Positions 18,938 to 30,328 of a stretch of 64,000 nucleotides of DNA are shown piece by piece (position 1 is the stretch's first letter; each line of letters starts with the position of its first letter). Origin of the DNA: a bacterium (GTDB lineage: Bacteria > Bacteroidota > Bacteroidia > UKL13-3). The notes beneath the pieces are model-generated. The model did not search any database. It worked only from the letters and a program-made list of their open reading frames with translations, and had not been told where the DNA came from. The stretch covers positions 9,786 through 73,785 of the forward strand of contig JAWXAZ010000010.1 in assembly GCA_034439755.1 (NCBI GenBank), read 5' to 3'. The translations under genes and the position numbers were made by a program.

Positions 18938-21900
18938 TTAATTTATTTCATCCTTGCCATGGCAAGATTTATATTTCTTTCCGCTACCACAAGGACAAGC
19001 ATCATTTCTTCCAATCTTAACCACGCCTTTTATTTGAGCAGGTTTTTGAGGCTCTTGTGTGCCTTGCGCAGCAGCTTGGTTATTCCTTTGTGCCTCTGCC
19101 AAATCATCTGTACGCGATGTTTTTAGTCGACTAGTATCAACTCTTTTAGGTTCAACCGCTTGCTTTACTTCTGAAGCATTATCAATTGGAATAAAACCTT
19201 TAAACAACATGCCCAATACTTGCTTGTTAATGCGAGAAAGCATGCTCTTGAATAAATTAAACGATTCTAACTTATAAATTAACAAAGGATCTTTTTGCTC
19301 AAATACTGCATTTTGCGAGCTTTGTTTCAAATCATCCATCTCGCGTAAATGCTCTTTCCAATCATTGTCTATCACAAATAGACTCGCAAATTTTTCATAC
19401 GTTTTGGCAATTTCACGTGCTTCTGTTTCATAGGCTTTCTTTAAATTAACCGGAATCTGCATGTTGTGGATACCATCGCTTATTGGAACAGAAATAGACT
19501 CAAATTGATTGCCCTTATTGTTAAAAACGTCCATTATTACTGGCCAAGCTACCTGGGCCATATCTTGCGTTTTCTTATGGTAATGTGCCAACAATTCTTG
19601 GAACAATTGATCTCCTAAAATCTCCGTTTTTCCGCCTAAAAAATCATCCTCTTTTACACTTGGCTCATGCGCAAAAATTCGCATTACCTCAAATTTAAAC
19701 TCAGCAAAATTTTTCATGTCTTGGTATGTTTCAACCAATTCTTCTGCCGTATCGGCAAGCATGTTGCTTATATCAAGCGCCAACTTATCGCCATACAAAG
19801 CATTGCGGCGTTTGCTATAAATCACCTCTCTTTGAGAGTTCATTACATCGTCATATTCCAACAATCGTTTACGAATGCCAAAGTTGTTTTGTTCAACGCG
19901 TTTTTGCGCACGTTCAATGTTTTTGGTGATCATAGAATGCTCTATATTTTCGCCTTCTTTCATCCCCAATTTATCCATAATGCCTGCAATTCGTTCTGAA
20001 CCAAATAAGCGCATCAAATCATCTTCCAATGAAACATAAAACTTAGATGAACCTGGATCGCCCTGCCTACCTGCTCTACCTCGCAACTGCCTATCAACTC
20101 GCCTGCTCTCATGACGCTCGGTACCAATAATGGCCAAACCTCCTACTTCTTTAACTCCTTCACCTAGCTTAATATCCGTTCCCCTACCAGCCATATTAGT
20201 GGCAATGGTAACGGCACTTTTCTGACCTGCTTCTGCAACAATGTCTGCCTCGCGCTGATGCTGTTTGGCATTCAAAACATTGTGCTTAATTTTTCGCATG
20301 GTAAGCATTCTTCCCAATAACTCACTCACCTCAACCGAGGTAGTACCCACCAATATTGGTCTTCCAGCCTCAGTTAACTTTACAATTTCTTCAATAACCG
20401 CATTGTATTTTTCACGCTTGGTTTTGTAAATTACATCCTCCTCATCCCTTCTCGTAATATTTCTATTGGTTGGAATTTCAACCACGTCTAACTTGTAGAT
20501 TTCCCAGAATTCGCCGGCTTCCGTAGTTGCTGTACCCGTCATTCCACACAACTTATGATACATCCTAAAAAAGTTCTGTAAAGTTACCGTAGCATAAGTT
20601 TGTGTGGCCGCTTCAACCTTCACATTTTCTTTTGCCTCAATGGCCTGATGCAAGCCATCGCTATAACGCCTGCCATCCAATACACGGCCCGTTTGCTCAT
20701 CTACAATCTTAACCTTGCTATCTTGAATAATATACTCCACATCACGGTCGAACATACAATACGCCTTCAACAATTGGTTGATAGTATGAATACGCTCCGA
20801 TTTTATCGTAAAATCAAGCATCAATTGATCTTTGTGCTTAATTTTTTCATCTTCGGGCATATCCGATTTTTCAATTTCGGCAATCTCAGAACCTACATCT
20901 GGAATAATAAAGAAATGTTCATCTTCACCAGAAGCAGTAATTAACTCAACTCCCTTTTCGGTTAAATCTACCGAGTTAATTTTCTCATCAATTACAAAAT
21001 ATAAATCGGCATCAATTTTATGCATTTCCTTTTGTTGGTCTTGCATGTAATAGTTCTCCGTTTTATTTAAAACCTGCCTAACGCCACCCTCTCCTAAGAA
21101 TTTAATCACAGAAGAATGCTTGGGTAATCCACGGTATGCTTGCAATAACTTAAAGCCACCTTCTTTATCATTGTTGGCCGTAAGCATTCTCTTGGCATCA
21201 GCCAATGCAGTGCTTATGTATGATTTTTGTGCCGATACCAATTTCTCAATGCGAGATTTTAAGGCATAAAATTGTTGGTCGTCACCACGCGGAACCGGAC
21301 CAGAAATAATCAATGGCGTTCTAGCATCATCAATCAAAACCGAATCCACCTCATCCACCATAGCATAATGGTGTTTGCGCTGAACCAATTCATCCAAACT
21401 ATTGGCCATATTATCCCTTAGGTAATCAAAACCAAATTCATTGTTGGTACCATAAGTAATATCGGCTTGGTATGCTTTCCTTCTTTCGGCAGAATTTGGC
21501 TGATGGTAATCGATACAATCTACACGCAAACCATGAAATTCAAACAAGGGTCCGTTCCATTCACAGTCACGACGAGCCAAATAATCATTCACCGTTACAA
21601 TATGAACGCCTAGGCCTGCCAATGCATTTAAATAGGAAGGTAGGGTAGAAACCAAGGTTTTTCCCTCACCTGTTGCCATCTCTGCAATTCTACCTTTATG
21701 CAATACCATACCACCAATTAACTGAACATCGTAATGAACCATATTCCAGGTAATTGCTTGTCCGGCTGCCTCCCAAGTATTAGCCCAAATGGCATTATCT
21801 CCTTCAATGGTAACAGGCTTTTTAAACCTAGTCATCGCACTCAATTCTTTATCGTAATCAGTTGCCTTCACCACCAATTGCTTGTTCTCGCTTAACCTTC

Positions 21901-22267
21901 TGGCAGTTTCTTTAATTACCGCAAAAGCCTCAGGCAATATTTCAAGCAATATGAGTTCTAAATCTTGATCTCGCTTTTTCTTAAGCACATCAATGCGCTT
22001 AAACAAGTCGTCCTTTGCCACTAAGTCAATTTCCTCAACTTGTGTTTCAATCTTTATCTCTTCAACTTCATCATCAATTGGCTTTAAGCCAGCAAATATT
22101 TTATCTTTAAAATAGGCTGTTTTCGCCCTTAATTCTTCATCGCTTAAACTGCTTAATATTACATACGCATCATTTACTTGCGCAACTATGGGATTAAGTT
22201 CTTTTAAATCGCGATCCGATTTGCTTCCAAAAATCTTGGTAATTCCTTTAAAAATGCTTCCAATCAT
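18938..22267 (-). CDS. secA: Preprotein translocase subunit SecA
   Basis: MATGEGKT, DEVDS, TNMAGRGTDI, QLRGRAGRQGDPG and C-terminal CPCGSGKKYKSCH; likely start MIGSIFKG at 22267. Confidence 0.98.
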   Translation of the reverse strand: MIGSIFKGITKIFGSKSDRDLKELNPIVAQVNDAYVILSSLSDEELRAKTAYFKDKIFAGLKPIDDEVEEIKIETQVEEIDLVAKDDLFKRIDVLKKKRDQDLELILLEILPEAFAVIKETARRLSENKQLVVKATDYDKELSAMTRFKKPVTIEGDNAIWANTWEAAGQAITWNMVHYDVQLIGGMVLHKGRIAEMATGEGKTLVSTLPSYLNALAGLGVHIVTVNDYLARRDCEWNGPLFEFHGLRVDCIDYHQPNSAERRKAYQADITYGTNNEFGFDYLRDNMANSLDELVQRKHHYAMVDEVDSVLIDDARTPLIISGPVPRGDDQQFYALKSRIEKLVSAQKSYISTALADAKRMLTANNDKEGGFKLLQAYRGLPKHSSVIKFLGEGGVRQVLNKTENYYMQDQQKEMHKIDADLYFVIDEKINSVDLTEKGVELITASGEDEHFFIIPDVGSEIAEIEKSDMPEDEKIKHKDQLMLDFTIKSERIHTINQLLKAYCMFDRDVEYIIQDSKVKIVDEQTGRVLDGRRYSDGLHQAIEAKENVKVEAATQTYATVTLQNFFRMYHKLCGMTGTATTEAGEFWEIYKLDVVEIPTNRNITRRDEEDVIYKTKREKYNAVIEEIVKLTEAGRPILVGTTSVEVSELLGRMLTMRKIKHNVLNAKQHQREADIVAEAGQKSAVTIATNMAGRGTDIKLGEGVKEVGGLAIIGTERHESRRVDRQLRGRAGRQGDPGSSKFYVSLEDDLMRLFGSERIAGIMDKLGMKEGENIEHSMITKNIERAQKRVEQNNFGIRKRLLEYDDVMNSQREVIYSKRRNALYGDKLALDISNMLADTAEELVETYQDMKNFAEFKFEVMRIFAHEPSVKEDDFLGGKTEILGDQLFQELLAHYHKKTQDMAQVAWPVIMDVFNNKGNQFESISVPISDGIHNMQIPVNLKKAYETEAREIAKTYEKFASLFVIDNDWKEHLREMDDLKQSSQNAVFEQKDPLLIYKLESFNLFKSMLSRINKQVLGMLFKGFIPIDNASEVKQAVEPKRVDTSRLKTSRTDDLAEAQRNNQAAAQGTQEPQKPAQIKGVVKIGRNDACPCGSGKKYKSCHGKDEIN

Positions 22268-22601
22268 ATGTGTGGGTTCTCTCTCTATTCCTAAGCAAAC
22301 AAATGCATAGGGCGGTAAATTTATGTTATTTTTCCTTATTGGCATAAATTAATCCAATCTCCTTTTTTGCCATTATGACATGCTATTTTAGGTAGCTTCC
22401 CTGTTTTTCTCGCCATTGATTGGCACAGACAGCTTTTACCTCCTGTTTTTTGGCAGAAAATTGCGCTATTTCTTTTTGTTTTAAATCGTAATTTCTGGAA
22501 AAATCACCTAATAAAGCCATCAATTTGGGCTGAACCAAACGCTTTTTCGCCGAGTTGAATTTAGCAGTAGTTAAACCCTTCTAATCATAGAAAAATTGCA
22601 A

Positions 22602-22616
22602 TTGGTTCAAACCGAA
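22602..22616 (+). repeat. Dispersed motif TTGGTTCARACCGAA, exact copy (intergenic, 2 nt beyond a minus-strand stop codon)
   Basis: ttggttcaaaccgaa. Confidence 0.8.
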
Positions 22617-22618
22617 AA

Positions 22619-23305
22619 CTAATTGCCTATTCCATTATCTGTTTGGTTTAAAAAACCCAGCATTTTCCCTGTTGGCATGCCGCTGCTAAAACTCATCATG
22701 TTTTTTTGCTCCAATGTAATATAGCTCATGGCTTCAAATGGCGGTATAATTAAATCGAAATTGATGCAATATAATATGGACTCGGTAAGGATGTCGGCCG
22801 TAATTTTTTCGCTCGATTCATTTGCGCCAATTTCGGAATACCTGAGAGACAAAGGGCGTTTGCCATCTACCATGAGGTGGTTTTCTTTGTTAACAAAAAT
22901 GCGTCCCACCAAATAGCCTAAATCCCCCTCACGGTTATATTTTATGCTATCTGCCAAGAAATTATAAACCTGAATCATGCCGCAATAGCCCCGCATTTTA
23001 TCCTCCCTCACATACGCAGATTGATGGATATAGTGATTGGGTTCAAATTCAAAGATATTGGTATGCATCATTAAAACGAGGGTGTCGCCACTAAATTTTA
23101 AGTGCATTTCGTACTCGCTTTTTTCGAAATATTTCACCTCAACATGAGAGTCCTTTTCAGATATTTCTTGATACAGTTCATTCGCAATCTTCTTAGCAGA
23201 AACCTTAAACAAATCGAAAACTTCTTTGGTTGATCTAAACGCCTTTTGCTTAGCAGAGGACTTTAGTAAAAGTAGGTCCTTTATTTCACGCATTTTATTT
23301 TCCAT
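22619..23305 (-). CDS. Hypothetical protein (resembles a conserved Bacteroidota family)
   Basis: 228-aa ORF with ATG start; MHTNIFEF and YNFLADSIKYNR segments; no function recognised. Confidence 0.8.
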   Translation of the reverse strand: MENKMREIKDLLLLKSSAKQKAFRSTKEVFDLFKVSAKKIANELYQEISEKDSHVEVKYFEKSEYEMHLKFSGDTLVLMMHTNIFEFEPNHYIHQSAYVREDKMRGYCGMIQVYNFLADSIKYNREGDLGYLVGRIFVNKENHLMVDGKRPLSLRYSEIGANESSEKITADILTESILYCINFDLIIPPFEAMSYITLEQKNMMSFSSGMPTGKMLGFLNQTDNGIGN

Positions 23306-23433
23306 AGACGCAAATTACAATTATCTACTGAAACTATTGTGCTTACATTATCCTCTATTGCCGAAGCATTAGCTGTTTAGTCCAATTTTTGGTCTAATTC
23401 AGTCATGCTTTTGGCATAGGTTGATTCCTGAAA

Positions 23434-24909
23434 TTAGTAGGCTCTTGCAAACAACACTCTTTCTTTGGAAGCATTGCCAGTTAAAACACATTTGCCTTCT
23501 TCTTGCGCATTGTTTAATGGAATACAACGGATGGTTGCTTTAGATAGCTCTTTAATTTTATCTTCTGTTTCTGAACTGCCATCCCAATGTGCACTTGCAA
23601 ATCCGGTTTTATTCTCCAAAGCATCCATAAACTCATCCCAAGAATCCACAACGTGAATATGCTCACTGCGATAGTCTAATGCCTTTTGATAAATGTTCTG
23701 TTGGATGTTCTCCAATAGGTGCGGAATTTTATGTTCCAAATCTGCTGCACTCATCACCTGCTTTTCTTTGGTATCTCTCCTGGCAATTTCTACAGTGCTA
23801 TTTTCAATATCCCTTGGACCAATGGCTATGCGAACTGGCACGCCTTTCAATTCATAATCCGCAAATTTATAACCTGGCGTTACATTGTCTCGGTCGTCTA
23901 GCTTCACCAAAATGCCTTGTTTTTTCAACAGTTGAAAATATTCATTGGCCTTTTCCATTACGGCAACTTTTTCTTCGGGCTTTCTAAAAATAGGCACAAT
24001 CACCACCTGAATTGGCGCTAAGCGAGGTGGTAACACCAGGCCTTCATCGTCGCTATGACTCATAATTAAAGCACCCATTAAACGGGTAGATACACCCCAA
24101 GAAGTAGCCCAAACATATTCCGATTTGTTCTCCTTGGTAACATATTTTACTTCGAAAGCTTTGGCAAAGTTTTGTCCTAAGAAGTGCGAAGTTCCCATTT
24201 GTAATGCCTTGCCATCTTGCATCAGTCCTTCTATGCAATAGGTATCTATGGCACCCGCAAAACGTTCATTGGCAGACTTTACACCTTTAATGACAGGTAC
24301 TGCCAAAATATTTTCGGCAAAATCTGCATATATTTCTAGCATTTGTTTTGTTTCTGCAATGGCTTCCTCTGCGGTGGCATGAGCGGTATGCCCTTCCTGC
24401 CATAAAAACTCGGTAGTTCTTAAAAATAGCCTGGTACGCATTTCCCAACGAACCACATTTGCCCACTGGTTTAATAGGATAGGTAAATCTCTATAGCTTT
24501 GAATCCAAGACCTGTAAGTGTTCCAGATAATGGTTTCGCTAGTTGGTCTTACAATAAGTTCTTCCTCTAATTTGGCATCTGGATCAACCACTATCTCTTT
24601 TGTAATTGGGTCGACCTTTAACCTATAATGGGTAACTACGGCACATTCTTTGGCAAAGCCATCCACGTGACTGGCCTCTTTGGTGAAGAATGATTTTGGG
24701 ATAAATAAAGGGAAATAAGCATTTTGGTGTCCTGTTTCTTTGAATCGCCTGTCCAATTCTGCTTGCATCTTTTCCCAAATGGCATAGCCATAAGGTTTTA
24801 TTATCATACAGCCCTTTACCTCTGAATGCTCCGCCAAATCTGCATTTTTTACCAGATTATTGTACCAAGCGCTATAATCTTCGTCTCTTTTTATTTTTTT
24901 AATTGCCAT
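23434..24909 (-). CDS. proS: Proline--tRNA ligase (archaeal/eukaryote-like type)
   Basis: [34 protein letters not shown] and C-terminal FARAY; start MAIKK at 24909. Confidence 0.97.
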   Translation of the reverse strand: MAIKKIKRDEDYSAWYNNLVKNADLAEHSEVKGCMIIKPYGYAIWEKMQAELDRRFKETGHQNAYFPLFIPKSFFTKEASHVDGFAKECAVVTHYRLKVDPITKEIVVDPDAKLEEELIVRPTSETIIWNTYRSWIQSYRDLPILLNQWANVVRWEMRTRLFLRTTEFLWQEGHTAHATAEEAIAETKQMLEIYADFAENILAVPVIKGVKSANERFAGAIDTYCIEGLMQDGKALQMGTSHFLGQNFAKAFEVKYVTKENKSEYVWATSWGVSTRLMGALIMSHSDDEGLVLPPRLAPIQVVIVPIFRKPEEKVAVMEKANEYFQLLKKQGILVKLDDRDNVTPGYKFADYELKGVPVRIAIGPRDIENSTVEIARRDTKEKQVMSAADLEHKIPHLLENIQQNIYQKALDYRSEHIHVVDSWDEFMDALENKTGFASAHWDGSSETEDKIKELSKATIRCIPLNNAQEEGKCVLTGNASKERVLFARAY

Positions 24910-25006
24910 ATTCGTCTTTTTGGAATAGTATTTGAATTTTACATAAATGGATGCACAAAAATACTTTTTAGTTGTTACTTTGTATAAGGAATAAAAATCT
25001 TGGGTT

Positions 25007-26515
25007 ATGAAAAATAAAAATATCATATTTTACTCGCTGTTAATGTTGCTATTAGGCGCGTGTAGTTCTAGTACTTTTAATGGTGTTAATAAGGTAGACG
25101 ACGATGTATATTGGTCTGCAAAGGATGAACCCAAAACGGGTAAAAGCTATAAGGACATTGAGCCTTGGAATAAAAACAAGGGTCCAAACGCAAGTTCTTA
25201 TTATAATAGTAATGAGTCTGGCTCCCAATCTTTATCGGCTTCTTCTGCGCAAAGTTATTCTAATCAAGAAGATGAGCGTGGCTTAATTGCCTATCAAACT
25301 TGGCTAAGTAAGTATACCCAAAATGCAGCTTTGCCTGCAGAGGATACCATAAAACAAAATAATTTATTGTTAGCCGATAGAGAAAATGAAAGAAATTCGC
25401 GGCGCTTTGGTTCAGACCGAAACTATTATTATGATGACCCTTACTACAATGCTTTGAGTAATAATTGGGGCTGGACAAGTTTTTACGCACCGATTGTTCG
25501 TCCTGGTTTTTATAATTGGGCGCCAGGTTGGAATGTGGGTTTAAGCTGGAATAATTTCAATGGATTTGGCATAAATACTGGCTATAATATGGGCTGGGGT
25601 GGCATGGGTTATGGTTACAATTCATACTCTCCTTGGGCTTACGACCCTTGGTACGGCGGATACGGTGGTTTTGGTGGCTTTAATAATCCTTATTATGGCG
25701 GTTTTTATGGACATCCTTATGGCGGTTTTGGTGGTTTTAATAATCCTTACTATGGTGGATTTTATGGCAATCGTTTTGGATGGGGTGGTGGCTATTGCCA
25801 TAACAACGGTTACGGAAATTATTATGGAAACAATGATGTGGTAACCAATAGGCCAATAATGCGTCCTAGAAATTCAATGGGCTCGTCAACTGTTGCCCCT
25901 GGTAGCAGGCCTGCAGGTAATGCAGTGGCAGGGGAGCAACGTGTAAAGAATGATCGCCCAAATTATAACGAGTCTCGTCCCGCTATTGAGAATACAAATT
26001 CGGTTCGAACCAATAGACCAGGTGGCGATTTGTATATGGATAAATCGGGTAGGCCCGTGTATGTTTCTCCTAATAGCAGGCCGGAGGTTTCTACTGGTGA
26101 ACCAACAAATAATAGATACTCAAATAGGCCAGGTGGCGATTTGCGCACAGGCTCTGATGGCAGAACAGAATATGTTCCTGCCCGGCCAAGAGATGCTGTT
26201 GATAATTCTTCACGGTCAAATTCAAATGGTTTTGAAGGTAATTATAGACCAGGTAGAAATGGGGCTTCAGACAACGGTACTCCAAGCAGACCGGGTAATT
26301 CAACGCCTAATTACAGTTCTCCGCAAAATGATGGCGGTTCTGATGCAAGGCCAGCTTATTCGTCGCCAGGTAATACCAGGCCTTCCAATAACCCAACACC
26401 GAGTTACTCTGCTCCTCCTAGTCGCCCAAGTTATTCCTCGCCAAGCATGAGTAGACCGTCTAGTGGTTCTGCCCCTAGGGGTGGTTCTCCTGGAGGAAGT
26501 GTTCGTCCTCGCTAA
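25007..26515 (+). CDS. Lipoprotein with Gly/Tyr/Trp-rich and Ser/Pro/Arg/Asn-rich low-complexity regions
   Basis: Lipobox LLGAC; DDDVY motif; YGGF repeats; disordered C-terminal tail. Confidence 0.85.
   Translation: MKNKNIIFYSLLMLLLGACSSSTFNGVNKVDDDVYWSAKDEPKTGKSYKDIEPWNKNKGPNASSYYNSNESGSQSLSASSAQSYSNQEDERGLIAYQTWLSKYTQNAALPAEDTIKQNNLLLADRENERNSRRFGSDRNYYYDDPYYNALSNNWGWTSFYAPIVRPGFYNWAPGWNVGLSWNNFNGFGINTGYNMGWGGMGYGYNSYSPWAYDPWYGGYGGFGGFNNPYYGGFYGHPYGGFGGFNNPYYGGFYGNRFGWGGGYCHNNGYGNYYGNNDVVTNRPIMRPRNSMGSSTVAPGSRPAGNAVAGEQRVKNDRPNYNESRPAIENTNSVRTNRPGGDLYMDKSGRPVYVSPNSRPEVSTGEPTNNRYSNRPGGDLRTGSDGRTEYVPARPRDAVDNSSRSNSNGFEGNYRPGRNGASDNGTPSRPGNSTPNYSSPQNDGGSDARPAYSSPGNTRPSNNPTPSYSAPPSRPSYSSPSMSRPSSGSAPRGGSPGGSVRPR
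25407..25421 (+). repeat. Dispersed motif TTGGTTCARACCGAA, exact copy (coding)
   Basis: ttggttcagaccgaa; reads FGSDRN. Confidence 0.75.
25661..25768 (+). repeat. 57-bp intragenic duplication encoding [17 protein letters not shown] twice
   Basis: Units start at 25661 and 25718 and differ only at synonymous positions over the 17 repeated codons. Confidence 0.85.
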
Positions 26516-26531
26516 TTTAATAATTTCAAAT

Positions 26532-28031
26532 ATGAAGAAGATAATAGCTATTTGCCTGAGTGTGGTATGCCTAAATGTGAGCGCCCAAAATCAGGATGAT
26601 ATTTTTAGATATAGCCAGCAAGGGATTGTTGGTTCGGCCCGAAGCTTAGGACTTTCTGGTGCTTGGGGTGCTTTGGGTGCCGACCTTGGTGCAGCCTCTA
26701 TAAATCCTGCAGGTTTAGGGTTGTATAGGCGCAATGAAATGATGGGAGCCATGTCTATTACCAGCAGCATTAACCGCAGCGATTTTAATGGCAATTTAAT
26801 GAGCGATTCGCGCACACGTTTTAATATTCCAAATTTTGGGGTGGTGTATAATTTTACCGACCAATACATGGGCAGTCAGAAAAAGGATGGCATTGTTGGG
26901 GGGTCTTTTGCCTTTGGCTTAAATAGGCTAAATGATTATACCAGCAGGGTACAATATGGCGGCAATGTTGCTAATTCAACTGTGGGAGATTATTTGGCCA
27001 AGCAGGCAAATGGGAGCGATAGTTCTAATTTTTTCTCGAGTGGTTTAGACAATGAGTTGTATGCGCAAGCATGGCGCGTGAGGTTAATTGATAACAACAA
27101 CGGCAGTGCCAAATATGCTTCGATACAAAGTTTGCGAAATGATACCAATTATTCGATGAGGCAAGCGCAATATACCCAAACAAGAGGGCGCACCAATGAG
27201 TGGTATGCGGGTGGTGGAATGAATGTGGCCAATGTTTTATATTTAGGTGGAAGCATGGTAATTCAGGATGTAAGGTATTATAGCGAGAGTCAATATAGGG
27301 AAACTATGTTAACCTCTAGTGTTGCAAATAATCCATATAGGTCGAGCTATATTACGCAAAATTTTGAAACGCGTGGAGTGGGTTTGGGTGCCAAATTTGG
27401 TTTTATTTTGAGACCTATAGATTTAATTAGAATTGGGGCTTCTTACCATACGCCTGTTCGATTAAATTTAACCGATAATTATGAGAACCAATTGAGTATG
27501 ACTTACACAGATGGTAAGGTTTATACCGAACCCAATCAAAAGGTAAATGGAATGTATAAATATCAAATTGTTACCCCGCAAAGATTGCAGGCAAATGCTG
27601 CTATAATTGTGGGCAAATTGATGGTGATTGCAGTAGATTATGAAATGGTAGATTATAGCAAGGGTAGGTTACAAGCGAAAGATGGCCTAGCCGATTTTTC
27701 GGGAGCTAATAATGCCAATAGAAATATTTATGGTGTGGCTCAAAATGTAAAATTGGGTATGGAGATTAGTGCGGGTTATACCCGTTTAAGAGCAGGTTAC
27801 GCTTTAATTGGCAATCCATACGCTGATAAGAGTTTGAACAATGCCGATTACCAAAAGCATGTTATTAGTGCTGGATTTGGATGGATATACGACAATGCTT
27901 ATTTCTTTGATATTGCAGTGAGCGACCGCATTGGAAAAGATTATTTATTGCCTTATGAGGGTAGTTCTATAGTAACAGAAAATACAACGCACAAACTCAA
28001 CTTTGTGTTAGCAGCAGGTTACCGGTTTTAG
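26532..28031 (+). CDS. OmpP1/FadL family outer-membrane beta-barrel transporter
   Basis: Signal peptide MKKIIAICL; GSARSLGLSGAWGALGAD...NPAGLG hatch motif; ends GYRF. Confidence 0.88.
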   Translation: MKKIIAICLSVVCLNVSAQNQDDIFRYSQQGIVGSARSLGLSGAWGALGADLGAASINPAGLGLYRRNEMMGAMSITSSINRSDFNGNLMSDSRTRFNIPNFGVVYNFTDQYMGSQKKDGIVGGSFAFGLNRLNDYTSRVQYGGNVANSTVGDYLAKQANGSDSSNFFSSGLDNELYAQAWRVRLIDNNNGSAKYASIQSLRNDTNYSMRQAQYTQTRGRTNEWYAGGGMNVANVLYLGGSMVIQDVRYYSESQYRETMLTSSVANNPYRSSYITQNFETRGVGLGAKFGFILRPIDLIRIGASYHTPVRLNLTDNYENQLSMTYTDGKVYTEPNQKVNGMYKYQIVTPQRLQANAAIIVGKLMVIAVDYEMVDYSKGRLQAKDGLADFSGANNANRNIYGVAQNVKLGMEISAGYTRLRAGYALIGNPYADKSLNNADYQKHVISAGFGWIYDNAYFFDIAVSDRIGKDYLLPYEGSSIVTENTTHKLNFVLAAGYRF

Positions 28032-28044
28032 GCTAATAACGGTT

Positions 28045-28089
28045 CATAAAAAAAGAGGCTGTCCTTGTGGGACAGCCTCTTTTTTTATG
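28045..28089. terminator. Bidirectional intrinsic terminator
   Basis: A7-GAGGCTGTCC / GGACAGCCTC-T7 between convergent genes. Confidence 0.92.
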
Positions 28090-28103
28090 CGATTATTTTC
28101 GAC

Positions 28104-28781
28104 TTATTCTGATTTAGAAAAAGGCTTAGAGATAGTTTGAGAACCATCCTTGAAACGAATAAAATACAAGCCTTTTTGAAGGTCGCTGATATTGATTTCA
28201 GTTTCGATGCCATTGTGGTTAAACGATTTTACTTTAGAACCTAAAACATTGTAAATGTCAACATTGATATTATCACGAGATTGGTATTTAATAACCAATT
28301 TGTCTTTAGCTGGATTTGGGTAAAAGGTAAACTCACGGTTGTTGCTAACTTCTTTTACAGAGGTTATCCAAGCATTTAACTGAAATTCAACAGTGTCAAC
28401 AATTGCAGGGTTGTTCTTTAAATAGCAAGCAACTTTTGCTATGCCATTTCCGCTTTTAGAATTGATTACAAAATCACCTTTAAATTCGCCAGTTTTTCCT
28501 GCGCCCAAAATAAAGTCGCCCTTGCTACCAACTATTAAATCTGTTAAGCAATTACCTGGATCACACATGCCAAATTCCCAACCACTAGTTGAATTTACTT
28601 CAATAACCATCCACTCAAAAATACTATCTGCAGTGTTATTAGTAAAGTTGGAGTTTGCTACCAACTGAAAACTTGTGCTTGCTCCTTGGCCTTTAGAGGT
28701 TTTGGGGCTAAATGATATGCTTTGAGCAACTGCTGTTTGCAGTATGAATAAAGCAGAAATATAAAGTATTAGTTTTTTCAT
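28104..28781 (-). CDS. T9SS type A sorting domain-containing secreted protein
   Basis: Signal peptide; C-terminal FYPNPAK...IYNVLG...KGLYFIR. Confidence 0.88.
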   Translation of the reverse strand: MKKLILYISALFILQTAVAQSISFSPKTSKGQGASTSFQLVANSNFTNNTADSIFEWMVIEVNSTSGWEFGMCDPGNCLTDLIVGSKGDFILGAGKTGEFKGDFVINSKSGNGIAKVACYLKNNPAIVDTVEFQLNAWITSVKEVSNNREFTFYPNPAKDKLVIKYQSRDNINVDIYNVLGSKVKSFNHNGIETEINISDLQKGLYFIRFKDGSQTISKPFSKSE

Positions 28782-28879
28782 ATCGTTTATTTTTGGGTTC
28801 AATTCAGTAAGTTTGTCAATGATTTGCCCTACATAGCTGCAAATTTATAGAAAAAATAGTTAAAAAAAACATAAATCGT

Positions 28880-29296
28880 ATGAAAATCATTGTCATAAAT
28901 GGCCCAAATCTAAATTTGCAGGGCATAAGAGAACCCAAGAAATATGGAACAGATACTTTCACGCAATTAGTGGCTGATCTTAAAATTGATTTTCCGGGAA
29001 TTGATGTTTTATATTTTCAAAGCAATGTTGAGGGTGAAATTATTAACTGTTTGCATGAGAGAGGATTCAATTGCGATGGCATTATTTTGAACGCAGGAGC
29101 CTATACGCATACTTCAATTGGAATTGGTGATGCTGTTGCGGCTATTAAAACCCCAGTTGTTGAAGTTCATATTAGTAACTTGGCCGCTAGAGAAGATTTT
29201 AGGCAGCGCTCGTATATTGCGCCACACGCTATAGGCGTGGTTTTTGGCTTTGGATTAAAGGGATATAAATTGGCCCTACAATCTTTTTTAAATTAA
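28880..29296 (+). CDS. aroQ: Type II 3-dehydroquinate dehydratase
   Basis: NGPNLN, QSNVEG, AYTHTS and EVHISN motifs. Confidence 0.97.
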   Translation: MKIIVINGPNLNLQGIREPKKYGTDTFTQLVADLKIDFPGIDVLYFQSNVEGEIINCLHERGFNCDGIILNAGAYTHTSIGIGDAVAAIKTPVVEVHISNLAAREDFRQRSYIAPHAIGVVFGFGLKGYKLALQSFLN

Positions 29297-30328
29297 CTTA
29301 TCTATCGCTTTCAAATCTAAAAAGAATTGCTTCTTTTTTAGAAAATGCTCAACGATAACGGCCTCTTTATATACTCCTTTTAAGATTGGATTTGGCAAGG
29401 TCTTGATCACTTTTTTTCTTTGTTTCCACCATTTCCCAAACTTAAAAAAGAAATGGGCATGGGCTTTATGAACCGCAGCGCTATCTGCAGTATTGGCATT
29501 CATCAAGAAATAAATAGAGCTTAATAAATCCAAGGTTGTTCTCAATGGAATAAGCCATAACAAGGTTTTAATCTCGCTGTTTTTCAACAGCATTTGCAGT
29601 GAGTTTCTAAAATTAAGGTAGGTCTTTTTTGGGTTACCTTGTTGCAAAGTGCTACCTCCTAAATGATACACTTGGCTTGAACCGAAATACCATATTTGAT
29701 AGCCTGCTAATTGTAATCGCCAACACAAATCAACCTCTTCCATGTGGGCAAAAAAGTGTTCATCAAATCCGCCTACCGAATGAAAAGCCTCAGCTTTCAA
29801 AAACAAACAAGCCCCACTTGCCCAAAAAACCGGAAGGTCGTTGTTATACTGACCATTGTCTTTTTCCATGGTTTCAAAAAGGCGGCCTCTACAAAAAACA
29901 TAGCCCAAATGGTCAATAAATCCGCCAGCACCGCCAGCATACTCAAAATGATCTTTCTGTTTATACTGTAATATTTTAGGCTGAGCAGCGGCAATGCCAT
30001 CATCTTTTTGCATGCCTTCAATAACGGGTTCTATCCAAGATGGAATAACCTCCACATCGTTGTTGAGCAGCACATAATAATGGGCCTTAATTTCTTTGAG
30101 GGCATGGTTATAGCCACCTGCGTATCCATAATTTTGATCCAAAACCAAGGTCTCAACCGAGGGGAAATTTGCTTTTACAAATTCTATTGAATCATCTGTT
30201 GAAGCATTGTCTGCTATCACAATTTTTAAATTTGGATAGGTGCTTGCCACTACACTGGGGAGAAACTGCTCCAATAAAGCTCTTTTGTTCCAATGAATAA
30301 TAACAACGGCAACGGATGGGTAATTCAT
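29288..30328 (-). CDS. Glycosyltransferase family 2 protein
   Basis: ADNASTDDS, LLNNDVEV, ASGAC and EEVDLCWR; start MNYPSV at 30328. Confidence 0.93.
   Translation of the reverse strand: MNYPSVAVVIIHWNKRALLEQFLPSVVASTYPNLKIVIADNASTDDSIEFVKANFPSVETLVLDQNYGYAGGYNHALKEIKAHYYVLLNNDVEVIPSWIEPVIEGMQKDDGIAAAQPKILQYKQKDHFEYAGGAGGFIDHLGYVFCRGRLFETMEKDNGQYNNDLPVFWASGACLFLKAEAFHSVGGFDEHFFAHMEEVDLCWRLQLAGYQIWYFGSSQVYHLGGSTLQQGNPKKTYLNFRNSLQMLLKNSEIKTLLWLIPLRTTLDLLSSIYFLMNANTADSAAVHKAHAHFFFKFGKWWKQRKKVIKTLPNPILKGVYKEAVIVEHFLKKKQFFLDLKAIDKLI

Noticed and set aside
22268-22345. N-terminal extensions given by the ORF track for secA (and likewise proS, murB, rlmD, the GT2 gene and the 37110 ORF)
   Set aside because: They run through intergenic or promoter DNA or overlap neighbours; downstream ATGs match the family N-termini.
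22350-22600. TGGCA motifs upstream of secA as a sigma-54 promoter
   Set aside because: The best match has 9 rather than 10 nt between GG and GC and points away from secA.
22602-22616. GGTTCAAA motif as a tRNA T-arm or tRNA fragment
   Set aside because: No cloverleaf, no 5-bp stem with 7-nt loop, and many copies lie inside protein-coding genes.
25599-26450. Alternative-frame ORFs over the low-complexity lipoprotein gene
   Set aside because: By-products of repetitive codon use; the main frame has a lipobox and coherent composition.
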